The notes beneath the pieces were generated by a model. The model did no database searches, was not told the DNA's origin, and worked only from the letters and a program-made list of their open reading frames with translations. Position numbers and translations under genes: made by a program. Source: Monocercomonoides exilis PA203 (taxonomy: Eukaryota > Protista > Preaxostyla). Taken from it: a stretch of 64,000 nt of DNA. Shown piece by piece: positions 23,569 to 37,620 of this stretch (position 1 is its first letter; each line of letters opens with the position of its first letter). The stretch is taken from contig LSRY02000036.1 in the NCBI GenBank assembly GCA_001643675.2, positions 496,001 to 560,000 on the forward strand, given 5' to 3'.

Positions 23569-25411
23569 TTCTTCCTCTTCCTCTTCGTCTTCGTCTCGCA
23601 AAGAATCGCAGATTGCATCTGTCAGCGTCACCATCACTGCCCCAGCTGGAAAGTGCCCAATCAGCTCTCGCTTCATCCCGCTCAGAGAAGGCCTGTCTGC
23701 CTCATTCCACGAGATACACAGCCTCCAAAACTCCAAATATGGTGTGTCCTTCACCAGCCCCACATTCGGCACTTCTCCATTCACAATCTTCTGCCCAGCT
23801 GCCTCTGCCTCATACTCCCCAAACGGGATCTGGAGCGTCAGGCACTCCCACAGCATCATCCCGACCGAGAATGCCACCGACTTCTCTGTTGCCCCCATCT
23901 TCTTGTTCATCTGCAGCTCTGGCGCCTTCCACCTCAGGCACTCCTTCTTGAAATTGTCATCCTCATCCTCAAATGCAGACGAGGACAGAGAGTCATCCTC
24001 CTCCTCCTCCTCATCACTGGCAGATGTCGCAACAGTTGACGAGGAGATGGATGAGGAATCGGAATCATCGTCAGATGAGAAGTCGGAGTGCATCACGATG
24101 CAGATGACCATGTGCTCAGAGAACAGCACAATGTGTGGGCTCAGATTGACAAGTGACTGAAGAGGGTTTTCCATCTCGGAAAATGAGTGGAGGGCGATAT
24201 TGGCCACCCAGAACAAGACCTGGGCAGCTGTTTGTTCTCTTTCCTTCAGAGTGCCTATCACCATCTCCTTCTTCTCGTTCCTCCCGTGAAGCAGCATGAA
24301 CAGCGAATCCCTCAGATCCACAATCAATTTCTCGTGAGGCGATGAACATGCCATTGCATCCACCAGATTTGACATCGATGAGGTGGTTGGACACAGATCT
24401 TCCCCTCGAACAAATGTTGAATCTGAGTCAGTTGTTGTAGTGGATGAAATAGACGAAATGGAAGGTGAAGGTGTTCTCTTTCTTGTCTCTTCTTCTTTTT
24501 CATCCACCTTCTCCAGCATCCATTCTGGAATCTTGTCTGAATCTCTTCCCAAAATGTATTCAGTGGAACCACTCTCACTCAATAAATGCTCTGATGACTC
24601 CGAATGTCCCAAGCTTTTCTCGTACACCCTCTTCTTGATTCTCTCATCGTTCTTCTTCTCTGCCTCCCTTTCTGCTCTCCTCCACTGCTCCTCAGGAGAC
24701 ATCTCCATAGTCACCATCTCGAATGCCTTCGGATCTTTTCTGATGTTATCATTCACAATCTCTCTCAGATCTTCAGCTTCATTCTTCACCTTCTTCCATC
24801 GAACAGCCAGAACAATAATGACCACAAGCAGTATTACAACAATCACAATGCAAACAATCAACAACCAATAAGATTTCCCTTCTTTTCCTCCTTCAACAAT
24901 CCTTTCCTCCCCATTTGCCTTGGGCTCGCTTCTGTTCTTCAGAACAAATGCATCAGTTGCAGACAACCGCTTTCCATACACAATCATCACAGATACCTCC
25001 GTCTCATCTGGGATCGACGAAAGATTTCTCGAAGGCACCATCCCAACTGCTTCCGCTTCACTCACAAACCCATCTTCTTCAAAATGATATGTCTCAATCA
25101 GGTCTGTATCTCCAGCTGACAAAATCAGTCGGAATGACAAATCGCATGGCAGAAGAAGCGCTCCCTTGAATTTAATTTCAGTCCCTCCTCCATTTTCGCT
25201 GGCCGAAGCCCCTTCCAGCTTGGGAATGAAGAAGGGCGATTCCCTTTCTCCTGCCATCCCTTCCAGGCTGCATCCATCGTCCAGAATCCACAGCGAAGAA
25301 TTGGGCATTACTCCATCTCCTCCCTTCAAGCTCGAAATGGTCAGCGAAGCAGAATCTGAGCAGATGATATTTCGACAAAGCGATGGATATTTTGCAATGA
25401 AAGGATTGTTG
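23156..25411 (-). repeat. Arm 2 of the long inverted repeat (partner 6082..8328)
   Basis: Reverse complement of 6082..8328. High identity stops abruptly upstream of NNPFIAK and at GAAACTGTTTCATTG. Confidence 0.95.
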
Positions 25412-28400
25412 CCAAAGAATTCTCCTTTCTCAATTGTCACATTGCCAGAAGAGATCGACAATCCACCCAACGAAGAATTCGAAATTGAAACATCCTTCAT
25501 TGCTATTGTTGAATTTGATGAATGGACAAGTGATCCATTCCATTCGCATATTTCTTCAAAAGAATTTATTCCTCCACTCTTACTCTCTTTTGTTAGCAAT
25601 CCTTCAAATTCGCACATGCGCATCGAAGCATCAATCGCATTTCCAATCTTCATCATGCTCCCTTCCTCAGACTTCGAAATACAGCTTGAATAAGAACAGT
25701 TTGAAAGAACTATCTGGGCTGAGGAAGAAGAAGCTGAAAGAATAGAAGCTCCTTCTGAATTCCTTGAACAGTTATTGAATGGGGAGATTGTTATTGAAAC
25801 AGTTCCTGAAGTCGGATCGCTTATTGAAACGATACATCCTTCCATCAGCTTCACTTCATTCACAACTATTCCATTGAGTGCAACGCTTCCACAGTTGCCA
25901 ATCTCAAATACATTGGTTGTTGCCTCAATATGCTCCAACTTCACATTCGTCAACGATATCTCTTCCCCGCAAAACAGAAAAGAAGGCTTCTTGGATGAAA
26001 GCATTGATATTGAGCAGTTGTCAACATGTAGAATTCCATTTTCGATGCTAAACAATGTTGAATTGAGAACAACAGATTCAATGCTTTCTGATTGTCCAAC
26101 TGATGAAAAATCAACAAACAAAAGAGAAAGTTGGCCATTTGCTTCACGAATGACTGAGCTTCCCGAATACGAAAATGACTGACAGAAATTGAATTTCACA
26201 TTCTCAATCCGAACTCTCTCTGATGTTGTGAAGATGCTTTCTTCATCATCAGCAATTGTTGAGTTCAGATACGCAAAAACCGATGAAGGAGATTGCAGTG
26301 AGCGGATGCTAACATCTTGAACACTGCACGCACCAACAATAGCAGTTTGCTCCATGATCAGCAGCTGAGAGAAACGCGACGGAACGATATGTTTCACTCC
26401 CACATTCAGCGACTCGCAAGGAGCATCGAACTCTCCACATTGTTTGCTATCTGCGTGATTGTCTGTGATAGCTGAGACAAATATTGTTTCGCTCTGATAT
26501 TTCACAACCCTCAGCAGAAGATCTTCTTCATCCAGAAAGGAATCTGTTGTGCAGCCCCATATCGCCAGCTCTTTCACAAAAGGTGCTCTGAAATCCAGCA
26601 AGAATTGCTCATCAACTATCTGTGTTTCAATTGAATGGCATCTCACATACACGTCTCTTCCTCTGAATGCAGAGTTGTCTCTGAATGTGATATTCGACAG
26701 AACAAAATTCAGAGGCTGCTCAGCTGTCGAGGTGCATTCCAGAAACAGCCACCCACCTCTTCCTGTGGTTGAGCAGAAGCACTCAGAAATCGTGCAAAAC
26801 GAGCAGTCAAACTTTCCTCCCTCATTCAACACAGAAAACATCCCTCCTCCCTTTTCACATTTCGATCCGCCGCACCTCTTCATTGTTGTGTTTCTAACAA
26901 CCATTTTCAATGGCTCTTCATCATTTTTGTTCCGAATGATGGGAATATCATCAGTTGTATTCTGAGTGACTTCTTCGAATACACTCCATTCAATAACAAC
27001 ATCTTGCTCCACTTCATTTTTCTCTCTTCTTGAACTCTTTGATATGCTCAATCCGCTTGCTCCTTCCAGCTCAATATTCTTCATCGTTAGATTTTTCATG
27101 TTCAAACTCGAAGTTGATAGCACAGAAATAATATCTTGTGAAAAGCTAAGTGATTGAATTGTCACAAATTCCAACACAACTGTGCCTTCGTCTGCCTCGA
27201 TCAACCCAAAGTTAATCATTTCTTCTTCTCTGCTTTCCTCATTTTTGCTGAATGAACAATCTCTCAGAGTCAATAGTCCTTCACTTGATCTAATATGCAA
27301 CAAAACATTGACTCCACTTGTGAATGACGATGGAACAACAAAGTTTATCAGTTCGAAATTGGTAATACCCTGAATCTCCATTGCTGTTCCTTCTGTTCCT
27401 TCAAGCGAAGAGTTGCACTTCAGAGCGCACATGATTGTATTATTTGATCTTATTGAAAGCCCACTGACATCAACACTCTTCTGAAGAATCGCCTTTCCAA
27501 TGACACTGATAATCCTTTCATTTCCTTCAAGCATTCGCTCCAAAGAATAATCGATTGACAGGCAAGGATAATCTGACAGTCCGCAAATGCACACATCTCT
27601 TCCTTCGCTCCCAATAAATAACTCTGAACCAAATGCTCCCCAGAAATAAACCAATGGGATAGCATTTATTGTGTCATTCCCATCAAATCCGCTCATGGAA
27701 TTCAACGAAATATCGGAAAGATGCTCAGAAACAAATGGAAGAGAAGTGTTTGTGATGCTCTTTGACAAGTTGGATGATTCAACAAAAAGATCATTTCCAT
27801 ATTTGGCAGTGTTTGGATTATCAACATCAAAAGCAGGGGATGATATCACAAACGAAGAATCACCATCCACCAACTTCAATGCAATCCCTCCTCCAAACCC
27901 AGTCTTCGCTTCTCCAGCTGGTGCTGCACATCCCGTAAATGTGCTTGAAATAACATTCAATTGCGTATTCCTTTTCATCTGTGCGAAAATAGCTCCTCCT
28001 TTGCCTCCATCAGACAGCACGGAACATCCATCAAAAACGCACTCTTCGATATTAATTTGCATGCTTTCGTTTTCTATATTGCAGTTGTCAACGCTTATGC
28101 ATCCTCCATTTCCAGTTGCTCTTTCTATTGTCTTCATTTCACATTTAGTTATGTTCAAGCTCATTATGCTTCTGCATTCCGTCAAGCATCCACTTTGCTT
28201 GCTGTTTCCGGAAAAGTTGCTTTCAATGATTTCAATCGAAGGCACAACCTCACTTCCCCCATCACAAATTATTGCGCTTGTCTGCCATTTGATCCCAATC
28301 CCAAACACATTGCTAATCGTCACTTCACCTCCTTCAATCTTCACAAAGGAAACATCCAAGTCATTTTCAGAAGCAATTATTCCACAATCCTGAATTATCA

Positions 28401-31400
28401 CTTTGTTGGAAATGCAATGGAATATGCTTTCATATGATCCAATTCTTTCTGCAACAGAAAACACCACCTTGCCAAAGGTTGTTGGACAGCGCGTCTCGAA
28501 TACTCCCCTTTGTGAACCAGAAATGCCTGCTCCTATCTCATAATTTGAGGAATTTCCTTCTCCAGTCACGCTCCACTCATTTGAACCCATCTTCAATTCT
28601 TCTCCAAATGAAAAAGGTGAATGAAGCTTGATTGACTTGTTTTTGTTGGAAAATCTGAACCCAACCGCATTTGTGATTGTGCTGCACGGAACTTGAGCAT
28701 GCCCACAACCACTGAAATCATGAGCATCTTCTCCACCCACATGGCAAGGGGATGTAAAGTTATTCCACAGATAAACCACAAGCGGTATTTCGTATTCTTC
28801 ATTTGTTGTTGAGCGCTCAAATCCATTCAGCTTATCCAACCCATTCACATCAGCATCGAAGCAAAATGTTGCTGAATTTGCTGCATCCCTCAAATCAAAA
28901 GCATTCAAAAACACATCCTTCCCTTTCCTTCCCGAGCATTCATCAAATCTCATACTCTTCAAAACAAAATTTGATGCTCCATTATCCAGATGCAAGTATA
29001 TCCCTCCTCCCAATCCTTTCCTCCCATCAACATTTGCAGTTGCTGAACAATGAGAAAAGTGCACTTTAGCCTCTTGTTCGTTTTTATCCCCTTTGCTTGA
29101 AGGCTCTTCAGTCACATTGCCAATGCTAAGACTTGATCCACTTTTCATCTGCGCCCACAACCCCCCTCCATTCCCTCCCTCACTTTTGCACGAGTTCATG
29201 CTCCCTTCTTCAAAGACAAAAGAGCAACCACTTTCAACAGTGCACTCGATTGCTCCCCCGTTTTGGTCTTTCACAGCAAAGTTCGAAATGCCAGATCGTA
29301 TGATTTCTATTTTCTTGGCGCTTGTGGAAGAGATCAAACGAGAGGACATTATTCCTTCTGATGGAGTAATCGAAGAAATTACACAATCACTCATTTGAAT
29401 TGAAGCCCTTTCAACCACTTCAAATAATCCTGATGCACAACTTGTTCCAATCCCAATCAGATTAACATTTTTCAATTTGGCTTCTGTGCTGCTTCCAGAT
29501 AATGAGATTAATGGATTCTCACTCAGTGAGATCGAAGAAGCTGTGAAAGTTTCAATCGATAAGCTTCCAGATTCAACAGACAAGAATAGCAATGACAATT
29601 CTGATGATGGATTTTGAAGGGTGAGAGAACATTGAGACAAAGTCAGTTGCGAGGAAGACAAAATGAAAGTGGAACACTGTGAAAGGGAATAAGGAAAAGA
29701 AAAGATGAGTTTTGATAATTCTGTTTCAACACTTGCTGAAATCATCGCTGAATTGGATGTTGAACTTGAATCAGAAACTATCCAGCCACTTTTATCATCA
29801 TTTCCTCTGATTTCGTGCTTCTGATCAGCAAAGGCCAATTCATCGTTCATCAAAATCATTCCATTCACAACAACTTTCTTTTCTCCTGCTAGCCGTGCGA
29901 AGGAGTGCTTCAAAGTCAGACATGGAAACTCTATAATTCCGCAGTGCGAATGGTCGAATGCTTCTGAATTGCTCACAAATATTTCAGTTGGATCAGGAAG
30001 GAGATAGATGCACAGAGGGATTGCCAAACTCGTGTTTCCATTGTCGTATCCTCTCACTCTGTCAGCAGACTCTGATGATGCTGTGACACATGTGATTTTT
30101 TGTGACTTTGCTGTTTCTTCCAGATTTGGCGAAAGAACAAAGATGTCTCTTCCCCACTTGGCTGTGTTTGTTCCGAATGAAGAGGATATCAGGAAATTTG
30201 GATTTTCATTCAACAATTGAAGAAAAACTCCTCCCCCAAGACCATCTGTCGCCGAGCAATGGCATCCATCAAAATGTCCGCCTTTCACTTTCACTTCATT
30301 TTCACTTCCAACACACAGCATCATCGATCCTCCATCAGCAGATGTTGTGCTTCTGCATCCTTCAAAAGTGCTCGAATTCAGACCAATTATTATATTATCC
30401 CTGGAAAACGATATTACAGATGCTCCGCTTGTAGTTCTTTCTATCCCATTAAAGACGCACCCTGAAAGTGTCAAAGAAATTTCATTTGTTGAAGAAAGCG
30501 AAAACAACGAAACAGTGGAGATAGTCTTTGCCCAGTTCACATTTTCCATCAGAAACATGCCATTCTGAATGTTTATCAGCTCTGCAGCAAATGCTGTATT
30601 TTCACTTTGTTCGCTTCCAGCAAATATGTTCAGATTGCTTATATGCATCTCTCCCGCTCCAGTGATCTCAAATAGCCTTGTGGCTCGATTATTTGCAAAT
30701 GCCGAGTCATGCACAAGTTCAAGGTCACTGATGGACAATTCACCTGTTGAGACTGAGAAAAGAGACAATCCAGTTGCCTCTAATTCTGTCTGCACTGTCG
30801 TGCTCAAATCACTTTGACCATAAATCGTGATGGTGTTGGAGCAACAATCCACACCTTTGGTTTCTATGATCGTTCCTGTGAGAATCTCAATATCTTTTAC
30901 ATATTCAGGAATAAGTTGAGTGAGGCAATGGCTAACAGTGTTGCATGGATAGCTTTCGTTGATTCCACATGCATATGTATCTTTGGCATTTTGTTGCGTT
31001 TGCACTGAGGAGACAAATCTGACTCTTCCACCATCATTCCGAAGCCATTCACTTTTATCTCCACTTTCAGATACAGTTGTGCTGACTCTATTTGTTGTAT
31101 TCCTTGTTGAATAGCAACTCGAATCAATATTATTTTCTGTTGATCCTCTGAGAGTGACATCGTGTCCTGTTTTTATGCACGAATTATTGTGAAAAAAACA
31201 AAAATAAAGCAAAATTCCTTTGTTATTATTATTCACCATCTGACTGACCGCTCCTCCTTCATACATCGAATAACAATGGCAAAACTGACAATTTGAAAGT
31301 ACCACTTTGTCTGTGCAACTCCAATGTTCTATTGCCCCTCCTCCAGAACTTCCCGAGTTAAGAGCACTGCAATTTAAAAATACACAATTTGAAATGCAGT

Positions 31401-32601
31401 GCTTTTGCATCTGAGTTTTTGTTGGACGCAAGTTTATCGCTCCTCCATCGTTTCCTGATGAACAATTACGAAATAAACAATCATCAACAATTGGTTGGAC
31501 ATAAACGTTTTCGATCATTATTCCTCCACCACCATAGTCTGTAGTTGCTTTCGCAGAACATTGAACAAACGATGAATGAAGCACGATGCATTCTGCAATT
31601 TTCAATGCATATATTCCTCCGCCTCTTGTGGAAGAGGCACTGCAATTTGTAAAGGTTGAATTTTCCACCTTCAAAATTGCATCTTGATTGTCATGAACAT
31701 AAAGAGCACCTCCTTGTTCAGCAGTGCAATCAGTCCATTCACATAATGAAAACGATTGGCTGTCAGTCAAATTCATTTGTCCTTTTTTGTTCAGATTATT
31801 CATCTCTCTTTTCCCGTTGATTATTGTTGTGTTTTTGCAGACAAACGCCTGAGAAGAGTACGATCCGCTCGAAATCCCTCCTTCAAAAACATTCACTGAA
31901 GAAAAAACAAGGCAGTTTTCCATTGTGCCCAAATAGCACGAATGTTTGCTGTTAAAGCAGCTATTTTCGCCAGATTTCACTGATATGTTGTGGAAAGCAC
32001 AGTCGTTGATCTGCTCGATTTGGCACATTCCTGATGCAAGAAAGTTGTCTGATGATAAAACAATTAAATTCGAAAAAATAGAATCTCTCAAAACAACTGA
32101 AGACAACTGATCAGATGAAGAAACAAGATTGCAGGAACGAATGTTCTTTTTGGGGATTAAACTCAGGTTTGCAAAGCATATTGACCCACTTTGCAAATCG
32201 AATGGCGAATCATATTTTTGCCAGATAATGCATCCATTTATCTGCACACTCGCATTTTCAGATATCCGCATAAATGGCAAAGACTTTAGCTTCAGCACCA
32301 GATTTGCCAATCCAACTGAAGAGTTGAATGCTCCAAAAAAAGAATAAACTGAAGAAGATGCACATTTCTCCAATCCTTTTTCCACTGGGAAAAAATTATT
32401 ATCGATTGCCTTTGTTTTGTCCACTTCTGTGTGAAAGCGCCCATTACCTCGTTTGTTTTGATTCAGATGAGTACGGGAATAATCCAAAGATGACTCTGAA
32501 TAAGTGTCCTTCTTTGTAGATGGAGGAAAATGCATGGTGTCACGCGTATGGAAAACTGTGGTGATTATCAAACATGCAAAGAAAGATAAATACATGTTCA
32601 T
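23473..32601 (-). CDS. Giant (~3,040 aa) intronless receptor-like protein: signal peptide, repeated Cys-rich beta-helix modules, TM, TKL-like pseudokinase, poly-Glu tail; paralog of 1..8014
   Basis: ORF 23473..32778 with likely start MNMYLSFFACLIITTVF at 32601. Five CGxxxxPCx(T/S) modules and GG(A/G)(I/L) motifs. The C-terminal ~640 aa are almost identical to the gene at 1..8014. Confidence 0.9.
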
Positions 32602-33439
32602 CTCCAAAAATATATTCTTTTCCTCACAAATTTTTGTGAATTGAATGTGATCAAAAAGCCAAACTTTATTCAAAATGAGATCATTGACTTGAAGGAAATA
32701 AATAAGGGGGTCTGCCTGTAGTTGGAAACGAAACGAAGGCTGCAAAAGAACGATGGATAAATTTTTAAAATTTTCCAAATCTTTTGAATTTTAAGTAGAT
32801 GATTGCTCAGTCATCCTTCTGCAGCAGATAAATTTTTTTCCATTTTTCTAATTGGATGAAACTCATCAAAAACAAAAGTGTCACGCTTCCAATGAATTCA
32901 AACCAATATCTCCTTTTGCAAATGAAAGGCTTTCCATGCTCTTCTTCAATTTTTGGCTTTACTCCATATTGAAAATGCGGAAAGTCAAAAAATATCTCGT
33001 TTCTCAAATGTATTTCCAGGTTCAATCACTTATTCTTCTTCTTACAGGTTCTTTTGGAAAGTGCTATTCATTTTCCTGTTTGTGATCGTTTGTCACCAAA
33101 GATGAGATTTTGCTTCTCTCATAATGCTGCTCCTTGTGCTTGCTCAATAATGAATGAAAAGAAAAATACTCGAAAAAATTAAATGGATTAAAATACAGAA
33201 AAAAGAAGAATAAAAATAATTATCTTCCAAATTCTCAACAAAAAAAAATTAAAATAATTCATTCTTTTTATCATACAATGAAGAAATCCAACAACACAAT
33301 CTTTTTTTCATTCCTCTTCCAACTTTGCGGTCAACTTATTTTTCCCTTTCCTTTCTTTCTGCTTCCTCTTCTTTTTTATCTCATCTTTTTTTTCAATCTT
33401 TCACAAAGTCCTCTGAAAAATCACAATGAATTTTTGGTT

Positions 33440-33885
33440 TGTATATTATCCACATTCACTTGATTCATTTCCTCGAAGCAACTCCATGTCTCCGCATTTC
33501 CACAAGTCTTCAACTTCCACAGCCTTGTTTCTCGCTGCACTTCAAAGAGAAAAAAAGCATTTCTTGTTTATTTCTTTGTTGTTTCCATTCGCTGCTCGAA
33601 ATAACCCCGAAGCACAGCCAATAACCACAATATGTTCTTCATTCTGAATGCTGCATGAACAAAAAAAGCAAATGTCCAATACTTTTTCCATCTCTTAAAA
33701 TCAATCTCTCCTTTCCTTTTCATCTTTCACTGCTCTTTCACTTCTTCTTTTCTCTTCCAATTCACTTTCTCTTTAAACTCGTTAAGCTCGGTTGTTTCCT
33801 CTCCTCCCAAATGTAACTCGTTCATAATTGCTCTTTTCGAACTTCCATCGATATTTAAATGATTTTTCAGCATTCTCCAAGCTGA
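33440..33885 (-). pseudogene. Degraded fragment of a coding sequence, probably a member of an expanded helical-repeat gene family
   Basis: The minus strand reads AWRMLKNHLNIDGSSKRAIMNELHLGGEETTELNEFKEKVNWKRKEE and CSIQNEEHIVVIGCASGLFRAANGNNKEINKKCFFSL*SAARNKAVEVEDLWKCG, with stops and frameshifts. The family assignment rests on recalled resemblance only. Confidence 0.4.
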
Positions 33886-34708
33886 TTTAGATTAAGGACG
33901 TGCAAATTTATGATTTTAAAGTGGAAAATTGTGTAAATTTTGAAATGTCTTCGAAAAATAATTCTTTTTCAACATTCGATTCAATGACTATAACAAAGCA
34001 TAAGATTATGTTAAAAGGCATTCGCACACCCCCAAATTCAAAATGTTGCACAAAGTCAGAAATTCTATTTCCACTTCTTTTTTCGTTTCTTCTTTTTGAT
34101 TTAAATCATATGGATCAATAGTTACATGCTTTTTATTGATTCAATTCATCTTAATTTGAAAAAAAGTCCATAAATAAGCATTTTTAAAAATTTTTCGAAT
34201 TTAGCACACTTTGAATATGTTAATCCGATAATGTGGTATTTTTTTCCTGTATTGACTTTGAAAAAAAAATAAAAAGATAAAACACTGAAAAAAAATCTAT
34301 AAATAAAAGCTGTTGAACATATAAATTAATTTTTCACAAAGCATTTAATAAAATGAGTTACATCCTTTCAAAACTAAAATAACTACTTCGGAAAAAATTC
34401 AGAAACGAACGATTATCATTTCCTAAATCAAATATCAAAATTTTTGACTGTTTAATTCTCCAATTCATCAAATAGCAAAGGCAGAAAAAAAATTTTTTTT
34501 TAAATCACGAGAAAAGAATTACATTTAAATTGGCAAAATCAAACATTAAAAAAACCGAAACAATATTTGATCATGAGTATAATTTATCTGATTTGAATTG
34601 TGTTTTATTCAGAAGCATCAAAAATAATTTTATTAAACAATTATTTTTTGTGGCCATATATTAAGTCCAAGAAAAGATTACAGAAACCATAATGTAGTCA
34701 TTTTTAAG

Positions 34709-37620
34709 ATGAATCGAAAAAAACCAGCAATTCCGCTCGCTCAAATCAAGAAATTGAATCAAGCAAAGGATAAGCAAGAGAAAATACAAAAAAGGGAGCT
34801 TGCAGAGAAGAGGAAAAGAGAAGAAGAAGAGAAAAAACGAGCTGAAGCGGAGAAAAAAAGGAAAATTCTTGAAGACGAGCAAAAGGCCATCAAAAAAGTT
34901 TAAATATTATCATTACAAATTCAATTTTTATAAGCTAAATTCTGAATTTTTGCTATTTGTTTATGAATATAGCTATTAAGCAAGAAACAAGAGAAAATTA
35001 ATAAACAGGAGAAAGAGGAAAGAGCCAGGAAAGCTGCTGCACGTGCATTGTTGGCAGCGGGAAACGGTATGAAGATTTTTGACTTTTTAATTCTGTCAGT
35101 GCGATCAAATTGAATTTCATGATTTTAGTTGAAATTGCTGCATTTTCAACAACAAAACCTCAGGACAAAAAAGACAAGATAAACAAGCAAAAAAAATCTC
35201 AGCAAGATGCGACTAATGAAAAAGATTCCAATGAAGCAGATGATTCGTGGGAAGATCTTATTAAAGACGAAATCGAAGAGATCAATGCGACAACTGAAAC
35301 AAAGGCGGTTGAAGGTGGAACAGAAAGCTCTGAGATGCAGGAAACCGCAGACAACAAGGAAGAAATAGAGGAAGGAGGGAATAATGAAGAAGAAGAAGGA
35401 GAAGACTGGGAAACGGAAATGGAAAGAAAAGAAAAAGAAAAAGAAAAGGAAGCTGAAAAGAACGAAGATGAAAACGAACAAGAGTCTGACAGCGACAGTG
35501 ACGATGATGAAGAAGAAAGTGAAAGTACAGAAGATGATTCAGAGGAAGCCATTATGCGGAGACATGAAAAACGAATGAAGAGAAGAATTGAAAAAACCAT
35601 AAAATTACTTACCGATCAATCAACTGCCACCTCATCATCATCCCAGTCCTCGAAATCTGCAAAAGATGAAGAATCAGAACCACCTCTGCACGCCCCTATT
35701 GTGTGTATTCTTGGCCATGTGGATGTCGGTAAAACGAAAATTCTGGACAAACTCAGACAGACAAACATTCAAGCCGGTGAAGCTGGTGGTATTACCCAAC
35801 AGATTGGAGCGACCTTCTTCCCAATGGAAAACATACGCCCCACAATCAACCAAATTGCGAGCGTTATTCCTCCCACAAACTACGACAAGCTGCCAGGGCT
35901 GCTGATTATCGATACTCCGGGACATGAGTCATTCACCAATCTTCGGCAGCGTGGGTCTGCACTGTGCAACTTGGCTATTCTTGTGGTGGATATTATGCAC
36001 TCACTGGAGCCACAGACGCTGGAATCGCTGGAGATGATCCGCAGGCAGAATTGCCCATTTGTCATTGCGCTGAACAAGATTGATCGTGTTACTTCGTGGA
36101 AAGCTCCTGAAAAGGGTGAGACAAACCTATCTTTTGTGGAGTCATACAAACGGCAGACAGAAGATGGAAAGCGTTTCTTCAACGATCGGCTGGAGAAAGT
36201 GGTGAATGATCTGGCTGGACAGGGAATAAATGCAGCACTTTACAATGATACCGCAGAGCATATGGACTTTTCTGATGACTACGTTCGGATTATCCCTACG
36301 TCTGCACACACAGGCGAAGGTCTGCCAGACCTGTTGGCCAATCTGCTTTCTATTGGACAGATGGAGATGTCAGACTTGCTGCATTTGAAACCGGAGCTTG
36401 AGGCGACAGTGATGGAAGTGAAGACGCTTCCTGGGCTTGGCACGACGCTGGATGTGATTCTGGCCAATGGAACATTGAGTGTTGGCGATACGATTGTGGT
36501 TGGAGGAACAGAAGGGCCAATCCGATCGGTGGTGAGGCAGCTGCTGACGCCTCATCCAATGAAGGAGATGCGTGTGAAGGACGAGTACATCCTCCACCAG
36601 CACATCCGCGCCTCGATTGGTGTGAAGATCTGCGGGCCAGACTTGGACAATGCGCTGGCTGGGTCGCCGCTGTTTGTGGCGTACGACGACGAAGAGATCG
36701 AAGTGCTGGAGGACATGCAGCGAGAGAGCTTTGAATCGATTCTGTCGCAGTTTGTGCGCAACGACACCGGAGTGTATGTGATGGCGTCGACAGTCGGCTC
36801 ATTGGAGGCGCTTGTGACGTTCATTGATGGGGTAAAGCCTCCTGTTCCTATTGCTGCTGTGTCTATCGGGACAGTGCACAAGAAGGATGTTGTGAGGGCG
36901 AGCATCATGGTGGAGAAGGACCCGAAGTACTCAGTCATTCTCGCGTTTGACGTGGGTGTTGATGCAGATGCCCGACTTGAGGCAGAAGAGAACGGAGTAA
37001 CGATCTTCACCAGCGATACTGTGTATCGTCTTGTTGAGAAGTTCACGAACTATCTGGAGGAGCTGCATGAGCAGGAAGGAGAGGATCTGAAGAAGAAGAT
37101 TGTGTACCCGGCGAAGCTGCAAGTGCTGCAGTGCATCCACGAAAGCGACCCTGTCATCATCGGTGTGCGTGTGGTGACTGGGAAGCTTAGGCTGAATGCG
37201 CCTCTTGTGGGAATTGTGAAGGAGAAGGACCACGCAAAGATGATTGAATTCGGCATTTTGGCTTCGATGGAAAGAGACAAGCAGCCACTGCAGGTGGCTG
37301 AAGCTGGCGCTGAAGTGGCTATCAGAATCGCAAGAGGAGCACATCCTGTGCCTATTTACGGCAAGCAGTTTGACACGAAGACTATTCTGTCTACGAAGGT
37401 TTGGAATGATTATTTGTTTATTTTGTTCTCTAATAGGATATTTATTCAATACTAAAAATTTTCATAATAAAAACAATTATATTTTTTTAACAAATAGTTT
37501 GATCGAACGTCAATTGATTATATCAAAGAATATGAACGAGACGAACTTACAAAAGATCTTAAGAAGTTTATTGCTGAAATGAAAGGTCCACTAGCAATTC
37601 CTGAGCCTGATAAAAAATAG
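34709..37620 (+). CDS. eIF5B: Eukaryotic translation initiation factor 5B (IF2 homolog); exons 34709-34897, 34973-35066, 35129-37398, 37498-37620
   Basis: PIVCILGHVDVGKTKILD, GEAGGITQQIGAT, IDTPGHESFTNLRQRG and NKID GTPase motifs; acidic/basic N-terminus; the last exon FDRTSIDYIKEYERDEL matches the eIF5B C-terminal helix. The GT-AG introns keep the frame. Confidence 0.97.

Noticed and set aside
6082-25411. One giant transposon (Maverick/Polinton or composite) with 2.25-kb TIRs
   Set aside because: The arms are gene tails continuous with outside coding sequence; no TSD, integrase, polymerase or capsid genes
33909-34111. Weak inverted symmetry (TATGATTT, AAGTGGAAA, ATTTTGAA blocks)
   Set aside because: Short AT-rich matches needing large gaps; cannot be distinguished from chance by eye
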